Shown: piece by piece, positions 11,202 to 24,450 of the stretch
How the letters are laid out: each line of letters begins with the position of its first letter
Numbering within the stretch: the first letter of the stretch is position 1
DNA from: Tubulanus polymorphus
Lineage: Eukaryota > Animalia > Nemertea
DNA: 64,000 nucleotides
NCBI RefSeq assembly: GCF_964204645.1
Contig: NC_134034.1
Location: 6,670,914 to 6,734,913 of the forward strand
Direction: 5' to 3'
Made by a program: the position numbers and the translations under genes
Notes under the pieces: model-generated
What the model saw: only the letters and a program-made list of their open reading frames with translations
Databases searched by the model: none
What the model was told of the DNA's origin: nothing

Positions 11202-13198
11202 TTAGGGTTTTCTGTTACATCACAGAAAACCCTATTGAGATTCGCGTCTTTCTTCTTATTAGGGTTTTCTGTTACATCACAGAAAACCCTATTGATATCC
11301 GCGTGATTATTAGGGTTTTCTGTTATTTCACAGAAAACCCTATTGATATCCGCGTGATTATTATTATTATTATTTTCTTCCACACTATTTTTACCAAAAG
11401 AACATAGGCTTTGTTACCTTACCGCTGTTTCATATACAATCCATATAATATCGTTCAGCTCACTGAGATCTACAAATAGCCCGCGTGTTTTTTCACGAAT
11501 CATCGTTACAAAAGCGCTGTCGGGCCGTAAACATCGAAAATTTAGCCCCAATCAATGGGGCGACATGTTTTTCGAGTCGTCATCCCGAAATCAACCCGCA
11601 GGCCGACTGTCACTTCGATTAACAATTCAAGTATAAATGAACTAATTTATTGCCGCAGACTTCACATTCAGTCGCGGTCTTCAAACAGTGATTTTAATAG
11701 CCCATTTTCCTCATCAGATCATATTACCGATACACTGGAAATTTACTACTTTAGATTTTAAAAGCACTGACGAGCCGTTAACATCGACGAATCGACGTGT
11801 GTTACTACATCGTCGTTCCGGGGATCAGCTGCGAGTTTCTCCTCATCATGAGAATCAAATCGAGTACAACTTAATTTATTACTACCAGTTATTTGGCTGC
11901 GGGTTTCAAGGAGTTAGTTTAACAATACCTATTTTTCTTTACCGAATTAACCGTGTATTTACTAAGATAAATCTTTAGTGTACCGGGGAATCGTAGGCCT
12001 AAACTAAACACGCCGGAAGAGATATAGCGGAGAAAAGCTGTTATGTCGACGAGGTATCAAAATAAAAGAATATATTACTTTATTCGGCCGCGGGCTTCAA
12101 ACTCTATATCAATACCATCAATACTCTATATTTCCTACAGTACATACCGATCATTGTCAAATGCACAAGGTATTTACTAAAAACAAGTATATAACACACT
12201 CCTTTCATTATACTGGACTCACACTTGACATTCGGAGTAAACTATCGTGAAGTGAGCCTGTTATTCCAGCCTCGTATTCAGATATAGTGTGTACACACTG
12301 TACAGCTGCCTGTAGATACTGGTTGACATGAAATGTATAACTTAACACTTTGACCGGACGAAACGACGATCATTCAATAAAGTCACCGGGGCAGAAGAGT
12401 GATCAATAATTGTTTTATATAATTAAAATGTGTAGTGATTTTCGTAAATTTCATAGATTTTCATCGAAATGTATTTTACATCAATTATGCCTGTTAAAAT
12501 TCAAATATGTCTATAAAAGTAAAACAAGGCTACCTGAAAATTAATTTCTCTATTCTTCGAATTGAATTAAAGCAGATGTCTTCATTTGTTCATAGTAAAA
12601 AATACGCAATATTTCAACGCACGATTGCATCATGGCTCAACATGTTAACATTAAAATTCAAAATCAAATTTCTCTAAAACTAAAACCGCAGGGTTCCTGA
12701 AAATTAAGTATATTGTTAAGGAAACTCTATTCTTTAAGGTGATTTAAGGCAGATGTCTGTGCATTGATTTGATCATAGTAAAAAAACGCGTTATTTCAAT
12801 ACACGATTGCATCATTGCGTGATATTTAAAAAGTTAAAATTCATAATTAGATTTCTCTGAAACTCTGAAACCTGAGACTTCCTTAAAATTAAGTATATTA
12901 ATAAGCACACTCTGATGTAAAGTTGATGTAAAGCAGATGTCAGTGCACTGGTTTGATCATAGTAAAAAATGCGTCATTTCAATAGACGATTGCATCATGG
13001 CACGATTTTCAAAAGTTAAAATTCAAAATCAAATTTCTCTTAAACTAAAACCTGAGGCTTTCTGAAAATCCAGTATAATATTCAGGAAACTCTATTCTTT
13101 AAGTCGATTTAAGGCAGATGTCTGTGCATTGATTTGATCATAGTAAAAAAACGCGTCATTTCAATACACGATTGCATCATGGCGCGATATTCAGAAAT
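11202..13198 (+). mobile_element. Helentron-associated (HINE/DINE-like) non-autonomous element, copy 1, 3' truncated
   Basis: 5' hairpin TAGGGTTTTCTG-N-CAGAAAACCCTA (x3), (ATT)n, unique core, then ~183-bp tandem monomers; inverted homologue at 16-19 kb. Confidence 0.65.
12490..13198 (+). repeat. About 4 copies of a ~183-bp satellite monomer
   Basis: Recurring GCAGATGTCTGTGCATTGATTTGATCATAGTAAAAAA...CACGATTGCATCAT. Confidence 0.9.
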
Positions 13199-14917
13199 TA
13201 CGCGGACGTTCTCATAGTATGGGTCGGAACTAACGATTTAAACGAAAATGTTCAACCAAAGGATATAGTAAAGGCATACCAGGTTAGTTACTCAACAGTT
13301 TATGGCAGACAATTACAGAAAATTCAAATGACTAAATGACGAATGACTAAATTCCTCTTGATACTAGTTTTTTCTAGGTTATCTCGCGCTGATAATGCCA
13401 TCAACCAAAATCCTTCTGTTGCCGATATTTCCACGAAATGATTCAAAGGTGAAGGATCAGAAGCGGAAGAAAGTTAATAGGTTAACGAAGAAGCTTCTGC
13501 GCGAACCCAGGTTCAAAAGGGTTTCCTTCATGAAAACTGAGGTAAATATATATATTCATGAAATGTATACCGTAAACTAATACCATGTTACAGTTGCCAG
13601 CCACCATTTTGTTAGGGTACTTTCATTTATCCTCTATTGTTTGGTAATTATTTCTATTTTAAATATTATTTGTGATGTGTTTTATCATATTTCATTGGCC
13701 TGTAGGTGGATTTTGACATTTTGGCAGCATTCAAACATTTCTAGTGTTTCTCAAATTCGCAACAATGCGACATGAGAATGATAAAAAAACCCGTGGCCAG
13801 TTTTTGCCACATGCGTAGGGATTCGAAGTTCGTTATTTTTTGTATCTCAGCACGGCACCTGGACTGGCCAGACAAAAAAACTTGTTTTTTACTCCCTGTA
13901 TACTACTCGACCAATAATTCGACTAAAACGAGTAAAACGAGTAAAAATCTGTAACTGATTCACCTTTCATGATTCTGGGGATTATTTCTGATTAAAGGCA
14001 AGAACATGGGTAAAAAACGTCCTTGTTTTTATTTTAGGTCCGATTTTCTTAAAAATTTGAGGGTTAATCAATCTAGTTATAAGAAACGAATTAAAAATTT
14101 ATCATATTTCCTTTTTACCCAGTAAACAAGTTTTGCTCCGAGTAAAAACCATTGCCGATGAAGGCAATTAATTAACAACAGCTTACAAGATAAAATGCAC
14201 CCAGCTGTTATGTTTACATAATTCAGCAGGCTTGTGGTCAGTGAGTTGATAACTAAGAAGCTCCTCCTCCAAAGTCAATCAAAGTTTGAATTTGCTACGA
14301 AAATGAAGAATTCAAAATTACTCCCTATTTGCTGGTTTCTAGAGTATTTTTGACTTTTGCAATCATTTATCATCTATAATTGCTCGTAGATTTTTTAGAT
14401 AACTGAAAACAAACAAGATACGTATTCCCAAGGTTTGAATGCTCCTTACATGGCAAAATTCACCTACAAACCAATTAAATATGATAGAACACATCACAAA
14501 TAATCCTTTAAAAAGAGAAAAAAGTTATCTAACAATAGAGGACAAAGTTTAGTACCGTACGCTAACAAAAAGGCGGCTAACAACTGTAAAAATGGTATAT
14601 TTTCATAGCCTGCATTGTGATTGTGTTGTCTCATTTCAGCGTATTTTCGAAACGAGTCAGAAACGCAAAAACAAAGGAGATCAATTTCTGTCAAACAAGA
14701 ATTTTATCGTTTGGATGGGTTGCATTTAAATGATCGTGGAATAGAACGCCTGCATCGTTATATTATGCAATACATCAAGGAAAATCTGTCAGCTGACCCC
14801 AGAAGTAAGATCGCGGAACGAGTGGAGAGGGCTAATATTGCGCACGGACTATGTACCGAGGAGACACCGGGGGATCGAAGTTTTGATTTTGAAGAACCAG
14901 ATGTTTCGATAGATTAG
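13199..14917 (+). pseudogene. Intron-containing SGNH/GDSL hydrolase-like gene fragment
   Basis: Exon to 13282 YADVLIVWVGTNDL (block III); exon 13368-13541 FFLGYLALIMPSTKILLLPIFPRND; exon 14640-14917 FYRLDGLHLNDRG (block V). GT-AG phase-0 introns, one frameshift near 14685, AATAAA near 15119; block I (GDS) absent. Confidence 0.75.
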
Positions 14918-16099
14918 ACTCTAAAATCGAAGAATTCTAGTTCATTACACCTACACATCCTGACGTTTCTGATCACACTCCCGGCCCTGCGTTAATGGAT
15001 TCGGAGCCACTTTTTATCAGGATCGTGTACCTCGGATTTTGATGGCAGCGATGTACACAATATATTAAAGAACTATATATATATAACATTGCAGCTATCA
15101 TGTAATTGAATTTCCATCAATAAAGTGTTTTATCCTGGGGTCTAAAGCTCGCGTCAGGTTTTGGTGCGGGACATTCTTTTACTTCAGTGATCTCTTTTTG
15201 GAAAATTTTTTTTTTCAGCTAGATTTATGATCTTTTTTTTAGGAAAATGATTTTATTTTTTCAGCTCAATATATGTTGTATATGATGGCTATTGGCTATT
15301 ATATGAATGTCCCCAAGGACGGGAACGTAGATTGAGGGGAGGGGAATATTATGATTTGGGTTTCACTTTTTTAGAAATAAATTGAATGAATAATACAACG
15401 TATTATTATATGATACGTTAGGACATTAGACTGGGAGAACTACGATTATGGAAAATAAGAATAATAGAGTGTATATAGTATAGTTAATGAATTATTATTA
15501 TTATTATTAGACTAGAATAACTCTTGAATATTGGCCTTAAGCCTGGGGGAAAGTGCTCATCAGTGTGAACACTTAAAGACTAGTTTGGATAACAATTCAA
15601 GCAAAGCAATTATTCTGACACATTGACACTAAAACCTCTGAGCCTGTCGAAACAAAAATGTTACATTATACGGATTCTTTTATATTCAATAAAGAAAAAA
15701 CATATAACGGAACGCGAGCTTTTATTTGGATTTATTTTTGGAATTATCGGAAAGTACAATGTACTTGGTATAAGTCATTATCTACATTTGCAAGAATTGA
15801 TTTGTTCATTGCACAGCTCAATTCAAACCCCCATTTTGCGACTTAAAACGGAAAACCTAGCAACAGAACGTCATCAGAGGAGCGTATACACGTTGGCATA
15901 ACCAACATTTCACTTTCTGCACGTTTTTGTTGAGGCTGACCAGTAATATGCGCACTGCTGATTCTAAATCAAAACATAGGTGCAAAATACTAAACTAATG
16001 AAAGAGGGCGATTTTGATTAATAGACTACATCGACATAATTTCCAGTGAATATCGCTAAACCGTTTATCAATATGTTCGTATTTTCAATATTTTGATCA

Positions 16100-17580
16100 A
16101 TCATCTTGTTTTAGAGAAATTTAATTTTGAAATTTAAATTTTTGAATATTCGCGCAATGATGCTTCGAGTATTGAAATAACACCAATTCTTACTATAAAC
16201 CAATCAATGCAAAGACATCTTATTTACATCCACTTGAAGAATAGAGTCATCTTATTGATATAATCGGTTTTTCAGGAAACCCCACGTTTTAGTTTTAGAG
16301 AAATTTGAGTTTGAATTTTTAAATTTTGAATATCGCGCAATGATGCAATCGTGTGTCGCAATAACAGGCAATCTAACTATGAACAAATCAATGCACAGAC
16401 ATCCGCTTTACATCAACTCAAAGACTACAGTTTCCTTATTAATATACTTACTTTCCAGGAACCCTCAGGTTTTAGTTTTAGAGAAATTTGATTTTGAAAT
16501 TTAAATTTCTGAATATCGCGCAATGATGCAATCGTGTATTGAAATGACGCGTTTTTTTACTATGATCAAATCAATGCACAGACATCTGCCTTGAATCAAC
16601 TTAAAGAATAGAGTTTCCTTATTAATATACTTGATTTTCAGGAACCCTCACGTTTTAGTTTTAGAGAAATTTGATTTTGAAATTTAAATTTCTGAATATC
16701 GCGCCATGATGCAATCGTGTATTGAAATGACGCGTTTTTTTACTATGATCAAATCAATGCACAGACATCTGCCTTGAATCAACTTAAAGAATAGAGTTTG
16801 CTTATTAATATACTTAATTTTCAGGAACCCTCAGGTTTTATGTTTTAGAGAAATTAAATTTTGAAATTTAAATTTCTGAATATCGCGCAATGATGCAATC
16901 GTGTATTGAAATGACGCATTTTTTTACTATGATCAAATCAATGCACAGACATCCGCTTTAGATCAACTTAAAGAAAAGAGTTTCCTTAATATTATACTCG
17001 ATTTTCAGGAACCCTCACGTTTTAGTTTTAGAGAAATTTGATTTTGAAATTTAAATTTCTGAATATCGCGCCATGATGCAATCGTGTATTGAAATGACGC
17101 GTTTTTTTACTATGATCAAATCAATGCACAGACATCTGCCTTGAATCAACTTAAAGAATAGAGTTTGCTTATTAATATACTTAATTTTCAGGAACCCTCA
17201 GGTTTTATGTTTTAGAGAAATTAAATTTTGAAATTCAAATTTCTGAATATCGGGCAATGATGCAATCGTGTATTGAAATGACGCGTTTTTTTACTATGAT
17301 CAAATCAATGCACAGACATCCGCTTTACATCAACTTAAAGAAAAGAGTTTCCTTAATATTATACTCGATTTTCAGAAAGCCCCAGGTTTTAGTTTGAGAG
17401 AAATTTGAGTTTGAATTTTTAGATTTTAGATATCGCGGAATGATGCAATCGTGAGTTGAAATAATACCTGAACAAATCGATGCACAGACATTTACTTTAT
17501 ATATCTACTTGAACAATCGAGCCTACTCAGTAATATACTCAGTTTTTACGAAACCTGGAGTTTTTGTTTCAGAGAAATTT
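16100..17580 (-). repeat. About 8 copies of the 183/184-bp satellite monomer
   Basis: Unit starts at 16501, 16684, 16868, 17051, 17235. Confidence 0.95.
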
Positions 17581-18500
17581 GAGTATCAGTATCCGATGCT
17601 ATATACTAACGTTAACGTTAGTTATCATCGCTCCGTCATGCTAAGTTATACATTTCATGTCAACCAGTATCTACAGGCAGCTATACAGTGTGTACACACT
17701 ATATCTGAATACGAGGCTGGAATAACAGGCTCACTTCACGATAATCTCCTTTCCTCCACAGCGAACGCTTACTCCGAATGTCAAGTGTGAGTCCAGCATA
17801 CGGATAGGAGCGTGTTGTATACTTGTATTTAGTAAATACATTGTGGATTTGACAATGATCGGTATGTACTGTAGGAAATACAGAGTATTGATGGTATTGA
17901 TATAGAGGTTGAAGCCCGCGGCCGAATAAAGTAATATATTTCTTTATTTTGATACCTCGTCGACATAACAGCTTTTCTCCGCTATATCTCTTCGGCGTGT
18001 TTAGCTTAGGCCTACGACTCCGGTACACTTATGATTTATCTTAGTAAATACACGGTTAATTTGGTAAAGAAAAATAGGTATTGCTAAACTAACTGCTTAA
18101 AACCCGCAGCCCAATCACTGGTAGTTATAAATTAATTTGTACTCGATTTGATTCTCAGGATGAGGAGAAACTCGCAGCTGATCCCCGGAACGACGATGTA
18201 GTAACATACGTCGATTCGTCGATGTTTACGGCTCGACAGTGCTTTTAAAATCTAAAGTAGTAAATTTCCAGTGTATCGGTAATATGATTTGATGAGGAAA
18301 ATGGGCTATTGTTAAAATCACTGTTTGAAGACCGCGACTGAATGTGAAGTCTGCGGCAATAAATTAGTTCATTTATACTTGAATTGATAATCGAAGTGAC
18401 AGTCGGCCTGCGGGTTGATTTCGGGATGACGACTCGAAAAACATGTCGCCTCATTGAATGGGGCTAAATTTTCGATGTTTACGGCCCGACAGCGCTTTTG

Positions 18501-18838
18501 CATCCTCCCCGGCAGGGATTCGAACCTGATGGCATCGAGATTGCCACGGCACGAAACCCTGCCATAATCGACCGTGTGCGCAGATACATGCGCAGTTCAG
18601 ATGATGTGATTTTTAGCCAATCAGAAATCCCGTTTTATTTTAGCCCGGGTTTTCCTATTTATAGTTCTTCCTTGAAATTTGCCTCAACGATTATACAACG
18701 AGCAATCTGATTGGTGCCGCAAGTTTTCGTTCGGAAAACTGCGCATGTACCTGCGCACCCGGTCTACTGATGCAGGGGTTCGTGCCGTGGCTGAGTGTAG
18801 CGATGCCATCAGGTTCGAGTCCTTGCAGAGGGAGGATG
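18501..18838. mobile_element. MITE with long imperfect TIRs and 8-bp TSD (hAT/P-like)
   Basis: CATCCTCC...GGAGGATG; TSD CGCTTTTG at 18493-18500 and 18839-18846; empty site visible in copy 1 near 11510. Confidence 0.9.
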
Positions 18839-19049
18839 CGCTTTTGTAACGATGATTCGTGAAAAAACACGCGGGCTATTAGTAGATCGCAGTGAGCTGA
18901 ACGATATTATATGGATTGTATATGAAACAGCGGTAAGGTAACAAAGCCTATGTTCTTTTGGTAAAAATAGTGTGGAAGAAAATAATAATAATAATAATAA
19001 TCACGCGGATATCAATAGGGTTTTCTGTGAAATAACAGAAAACCCTAAT

Positions 19050-20752
19050 TATTGAAATGGAACCTTTGTGTACAGCAACGTAGCTGCTGCATACCTAATG
19101 ATAATGACATCGTTGTTACTAGAAATGCTAACTGGACAAGCAACTTGGACCACATAAAAGTTATATTAATGCGTGATTATTATTTTAGATATATTTACCT
19201 GTTTGTTTGGCCGAGTTCTTGGATTTTGCGCCAATTGGCTTGCCTCAAATGGTAGAAGCAGCCTTGGAGAACAACATCTTCACCAATATCGGCACGCGTT
19301 GCTTGTTGTACTGCAGTCTCGAAGTCAGTTACTACAATCTCTGGATCAAGGTCATTTCCAAGTTGTTCAGATTTTTGGGCGATTGCGCGAAGGAATTCTT
19401 CGTATGTCGCTTGGGTTTTTCATCCCATTAAAGCATAGATGAGCGGAACGGTCAAATTGTGGACGAGAGGTGCATGAACAACATATAGCTGCGTGAAACC
19501 AGGTGGAGCCATGGCAAAGCAACCATCCATCATCCACTGTCTCGCATCAGACAAATATCGAACATGCTCATCAGAATTCTCGAATTTGATTCCGGACCAT
19601 TATCATAAAACAGAAATTCCTGCGGGTTGGCACCACCAGTCATTGACCATGGGCCATCTTCAGGAATCACTAACTCTTGCAGTGTATTTGGTTGAGGTGG
19701 AAATTCATCAATTCTGTTGTTTCGGATTGTCCGTTTTACAGCATTGTGGTTAGGCATATGCATTTTGGTGAGGTCATCGAGTTCGTGGAGTGCTGTTGCA
19801 AAGATATTTGCAGGGCGGTCATTGCTATTCTGTGCGTTTGTTTTGAAAGTACATCTTGCTTTTGCGACAGACACTTCGATATTCGACGGGTTGTGGTTGT
19901 GTTCAGCAGTTATCTCAGGTTCAGTGTATTCGAGACTTGTACGCATTCCACCCTTGCATACATTTGATATTCTCTTTACGCAATGCCAGAAAACATAATT
20001 TTGACGTATCTTCTTGATGGTGTACATATATCCGTCAAGACACAACTTCTCTCCGCCCTTGTTCGATCGTATTATCTCCATCGTGTTTTCGTTGTTTTGC
20101 TTTCGTAGTAGTAGTCTTTTGTAAATGATATTGGCTCTGACTTATGTCCTACTTTTATACGCCTCATGTATGAATTAATTACTAATGTTATCACATAGAA
20201 GTACTCAAATTTAAATTTGGCATTAATCAATTCTGGTTACTGAGAACATGTCAACTACTCAAAATAGATCAAACCGATTATTTCATGAGACAAACTATGA
20301 TATTCAAAAGGTACGGTAATTAGTGTAAAAAGATCAAAGAAGTAACTCAACTCCTCAACCCCACAGCATGTGTTTGACTTCACATTAATTTACATTGTTT
20401 CCTTTGATTAAAGGGTGACCAGTTTGTATCAGTTAAGATATTACCATAGTTTACCATGATATCGTTAAAACTAACTTAAAGAAAAAATACTATATAATGA
20501 ATGATTTTTATAGAAACTGAAGCATAAACCACCTTTTGTACTGAATAAAATAAAATAATACACATTTCTGATTTCTGGTGCTATTTTGATGTGGAATTCA
20601 CTGAATTACCAAGTTATTAATGTAGACTGGGACATTTTTTTCTACTTTACAAATGGGACAATTTTTCCGGGGACATTTTTTCCAGGGACATTTTTTTCCC
20701 TGGGACATTTTTTCCGGGGACATTTTACCAGGGACATTTTTACCGTATACTC
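19050..20752 (-). mobile_element. Mutator (MULE) transposon, truncated
   Basis: One terminus with tandem GGGACATTTTT(T)CC subrepeats at 20629-20752, plus transposase. Confidence 0.8.
19205..20081 (-). pseudogene. FLYWCH-MULE transposase
   Basis: LDGYMY..FWHC..C..HNH; after a frameshift WMMDGCF..P..FTQLY, VVTDFE, GCFYHLRQANWRKIQELG; internal stop and C-terminal loss. Confidence 0.9.
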
Positions 20753-21296
20753 TTTTAATCATGGTGTAATATAGCTTGTGCAACAGGACGTTGCGCAGTC
20801 ATTACGTTAATTGTGAGGTGTTTATACATAATAGTTTCATGAGCAGTTCATATGGTGGGATCATAATCGGGAAAGATCTGCCTTAAACATTTAATCGCCT
20901 TAGGGAGTTTGAGCTTCTTGATAAAATTCCCCAAAAATAATTCAAAATCGCCCTATCCAATATCTAAAGGCCATTCAAAGCAATATATTTTGTCAATTCT
21001 TTTTGAATTTATTCATAATTAATAACATATTTTTAATATTAATGATTTTATTATCAGGAATCTGATCTAATATATTTCTAGTGGTAAAACGTAGCTGTCG
21101 GATTAACGAGCAATTATCTCATTAATGAGATGATTGCTCGTAGGTCGGATGGATGGACATAGGTCGGATGGATGGACATATTGGTGTGTACCGGTCTACA
21201 GTGTCTTTAATCAAAGATCCCATTTGATATCTGTCGTATTTCTATGAAAGAGTACAAACAGAAATATAAACCCCTATACAGGGTACAAATCAGAAG

Positions 21297-24283
21297 TTAA
21301 AAATGTTTAATTGTTTGATAATGCTTTGATTTATGTGATCTTAAATATTTACCTCCGCAATAACAATACACTCTTTCATTAGGATTGAATTTTCTAAATT
21401 CATTATCTAAATCACATTGGATACCAATATCTTTAAAAGATTTATTATTAACTGATTCACATTGAATTCCAATATTCGATGAATTTGCATTATAAATTAT
21501 CTGTTCATTATCAAAATTAAAATAATATAATTGTCGTTTTTCAATTCTTAAGTCTCTATCATTGTAACCTTTTGAAAGTATTAAATCATCATTTCTTTCA
21601 TTTGTATATTTTAAACCACATTGCCAGGTTAAACCAGGACTTGAAAAACAATAACAGGGATCAACATTGAAATGATTCAAATTAACTTCTTTAAATTTTT
21701 CAAATATATCAGCCAATATCATAACATCTGATTTTAAATATAAATCTACTAATTCACCATGATTTTTTATCTTAAAATGATTCCAAATATTTAATGATCT
21801 TTTAAACACTTCATCTTTCACATACTCCTCTTTTAATTGATCATAAAATTGTTCTTTTAATAATATGTTACATTAAAATCATCATGTGTTTTATAAAATG
21901 AATAAGGAATTGCACCTTTAAATCTCAATAATTTAAAATCTTGTTCATTTGGATAATAATGTCGAGTTTTACCAAAATCATTATCAACTAAACTTTTTGC
22001 TAAATTATCTAATGAACTTGCTAAAAATCTATAAGAATCTAAAAATCTCAAACAACCAAATTGAAATGAAATGTAATTTTCAGATGTCTTAGCTAATAGT
22101 TTAAAATCATATTTTCTTACATTTGTATCATTCATAGCATTATATTCTTCTATTTCTTGATTAATTGCGCCCAATCTTCCTGATAATTGTTTTATAAATA
22201 AGTGGGTATCATAGCCTGATAAATTATGAAATAATATTGTTACGAAATTAACTTTCTTAGCTTGTAAATTGCAATCTTCATGAGCAGCTCCACGATATTT
22301 TGAATTTAAATGATCATGATCTCTAACTTTTTTATCAAATGAATAAAAACGTTTTTCACAGTAACAACAAAGAGTTGCATAATTAAAATCAAATTCATCT
22401 TCTTTTGTCATAACTATTCTTTTATTTTTGTTTAATAATTTTGCAAAATCACTTTCTTATTCAATTATTTTATTTCAAAATTCATTTACTACATCTTCAC
22501 CTCTAAAAGAAATATATTGACTTTGATATAATTCAGGATAATTTGATTTTATATGAATTCCATAAACAGCAGCTCTTTGATGAACTTTCTAATTGTATTT
22601 ATGAATGGTGGGTCTTGAATTATGTCTTCATTTAATTCATTTCCTTTGTCCATTGATTTAAGAAATTGCGTTTTGTTATATATTTTTTTTCTATCTTGAT
22701 CAGTTAATTCTTTATTCAAAATCCCCATAAATTATTACAAATGGTACTATATTTTTAAATTTATGATTAATAAATTTCAACTTACAATCTTTTTCTGTTG
22801 GCATTATTAATTTGCAAAAATCTTTATTATCACATAATTCTTTATGTTTTAATAATGCATTCTCAGTCATGAATTTAGATAAACATTTTCTACATAGATA
22901 AATTTTATTATTATGATGATCACTTTCTGTTCTAAAGAATAAATCAATTTGTTTTAACCACATATAATGTTCATTTTCATCTTTTTTGTAATATAACAAA
23001 TCTCATTTTCATCATCATAATACTCTGTTAAATATAAAGCTTCTAATGTATAATCTTTAATATTTTCACCTTCTCTGGTAATTGCATTAATTCGAAAACA
23101 TTTATTTTTAAATTATTAACTTTTTCTATCTTGGTATCATTTTTATAGTTACTGGATATTGATCAATTTTATATAATGTTTCATATTTCCGGTAATCTGT
23201 TATCCTACAAACATTTCCCTGAGTTGGATGTAAGCAACTATTAATTGCCCACAGAAAACATTTGTCTTCATTTTGAACATTTAAAATTGCTATTGATAAA
23301 AATGGCAATTCAATATAAGATAATGCTTTAATATCCTTTTCTGTTGTAAAGTTTCAATCATTTTTAAACATTGTTTTACTTTTTGATGCTTTATTCCTTT
23401 TTGTATTATAAACATTTAAATCTAAAAATATTATTTCATTCAATGTTAAACCAGAACCCTCAAATATCTTTCTTCAATATGTCTTTTAAATTCGTTAAAT
23501 ATTTTTTCTAATTTCTCTTTTATTTGTGTTTTTGAAATTATTTTTTCAGAGTGTGTTTGAATATTATAATACATTTTTAATTCTGATTTGATAAAACTTA
23601 CTTTTCCAGAAATACTAATTTTTGGATATTCAACATCTGTTACAAAATCTAGTATTTTTCCATGATTTCAATAAATTTACTATAATCTTCTATTGTTGCT
23701 CCTTTAAAAAATGTAAATATAATAGCTGCAGGCCCAATTTTACTACGTAATGTTTCTAAAATTTCAATTGTATCTTTTATTGCTGGTGAATCAATATAAT
23801 TTCTAACATTTTCCATATAAGGTTTATTTGAAATAGATTTAGTTTTTGAAACTGGTTTTTGACTTGTTGAGGTTTATCATCAAAATAATCTGTTCCTAAA
23901 ACATCATAACTTAAATTTTTGTTTGTGGTTTTGTGATTCGAGATGTCTTTTATAATTCCTTTTTGCTATAAATTTATTACACTTCACATTTTATTTCATC
24001 CACAATCATATTTTCTAATTGTTCTTTTCTTTCATTGGAATTTTCTGGTGTTTCAAAATCTATAACATTTTTTGTATGATTTGCAGTTTTTTCATGTCGG
24101 GCTTTATGAGATTTATCAATGTATTTTTTACAATATGTACAATAATATTGATTTTCATTAACATCAATTTTTTCTGTATGTTGTTCACTCTCTCCCATTT
24201 ATTAGAAAAAAAAATTACTTGTGGTGATGAGTGGTGTGTCGCCCTCTCGCCCTCTGATTTGAGCCCCTGATATTCCAATTACT
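21297..24283 (-). mobile_element. Polinton remnant B: 5' part of pPolB, internally deleted
   Basis: Colinear homology with 55200-57789: N-terminal zinc fingers, NVQNEDKCFLW, CRKCL, YGDFE, RDHDHLNSKYRGAAH..CNL, FHNLSGYD, RFLDSY, YLKSDV. Confidence 0.9.
24196..24283 (-). promoter_or_regulatory. Conserved ~90-nt upstream block shared with 59636-59723 (+)
   Basis: AGTAATTGGAATATCAGGGG.TCA...ACACCACTCATCACCACAAGTAATTTTTTTT..ATAAATGG in both; 3' half also at 60048-60085. Confidence 0.65.
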
Positions 24284-24450
24284 CAAACACATTGGATCGC
24301 TAAAAATTCGGTCCAAACACATTGGACGCCCGCACACAGTGGGCTTCAAAATCCTTCCAAACACACTGGATCGCTAAAAAGTTGGCACAAACACATTGGA
24401 CGCCCGCACACAGTGGGCTTCAAAAATCTATCCAAACTCATTGATCTGAC
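24284..24450. repeat. 74-bp tandem repeat, about 2.3 copies
   Basis: CAAACACATTGGACGCCCGCACACAGTGGGCTTCAAAA occurs twice. Confidence 0.8.

Larger units (their letters stand above)
15990..19048 (-). mobile_element. Helentron-associated element, copy 2, inverted relative to copy 1
   Basis: 17640-19048 is the reverse complement of 11310-12345 apart from a MITE and small indels; same satellite; inner boundary approximate. Confidence 0.65.

Noticed and set aside
11555-11978. Short ORFs duplicated at 18245-18454
   Set aside because: Similarity reflects the repeat element; no protein motifs
16100-17580. CRISPR-like arrays (also 38700-39650 and 62388-62657)
   Set aside because: Contiguous tandem units without unique spacers, no cas genes, eukaryotic context
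11202-19048. Single clean foldback transposon insertion
   Set aside because: No TSD, unrelated flanks (Polinton left, MULE right), and arms diverged with indels
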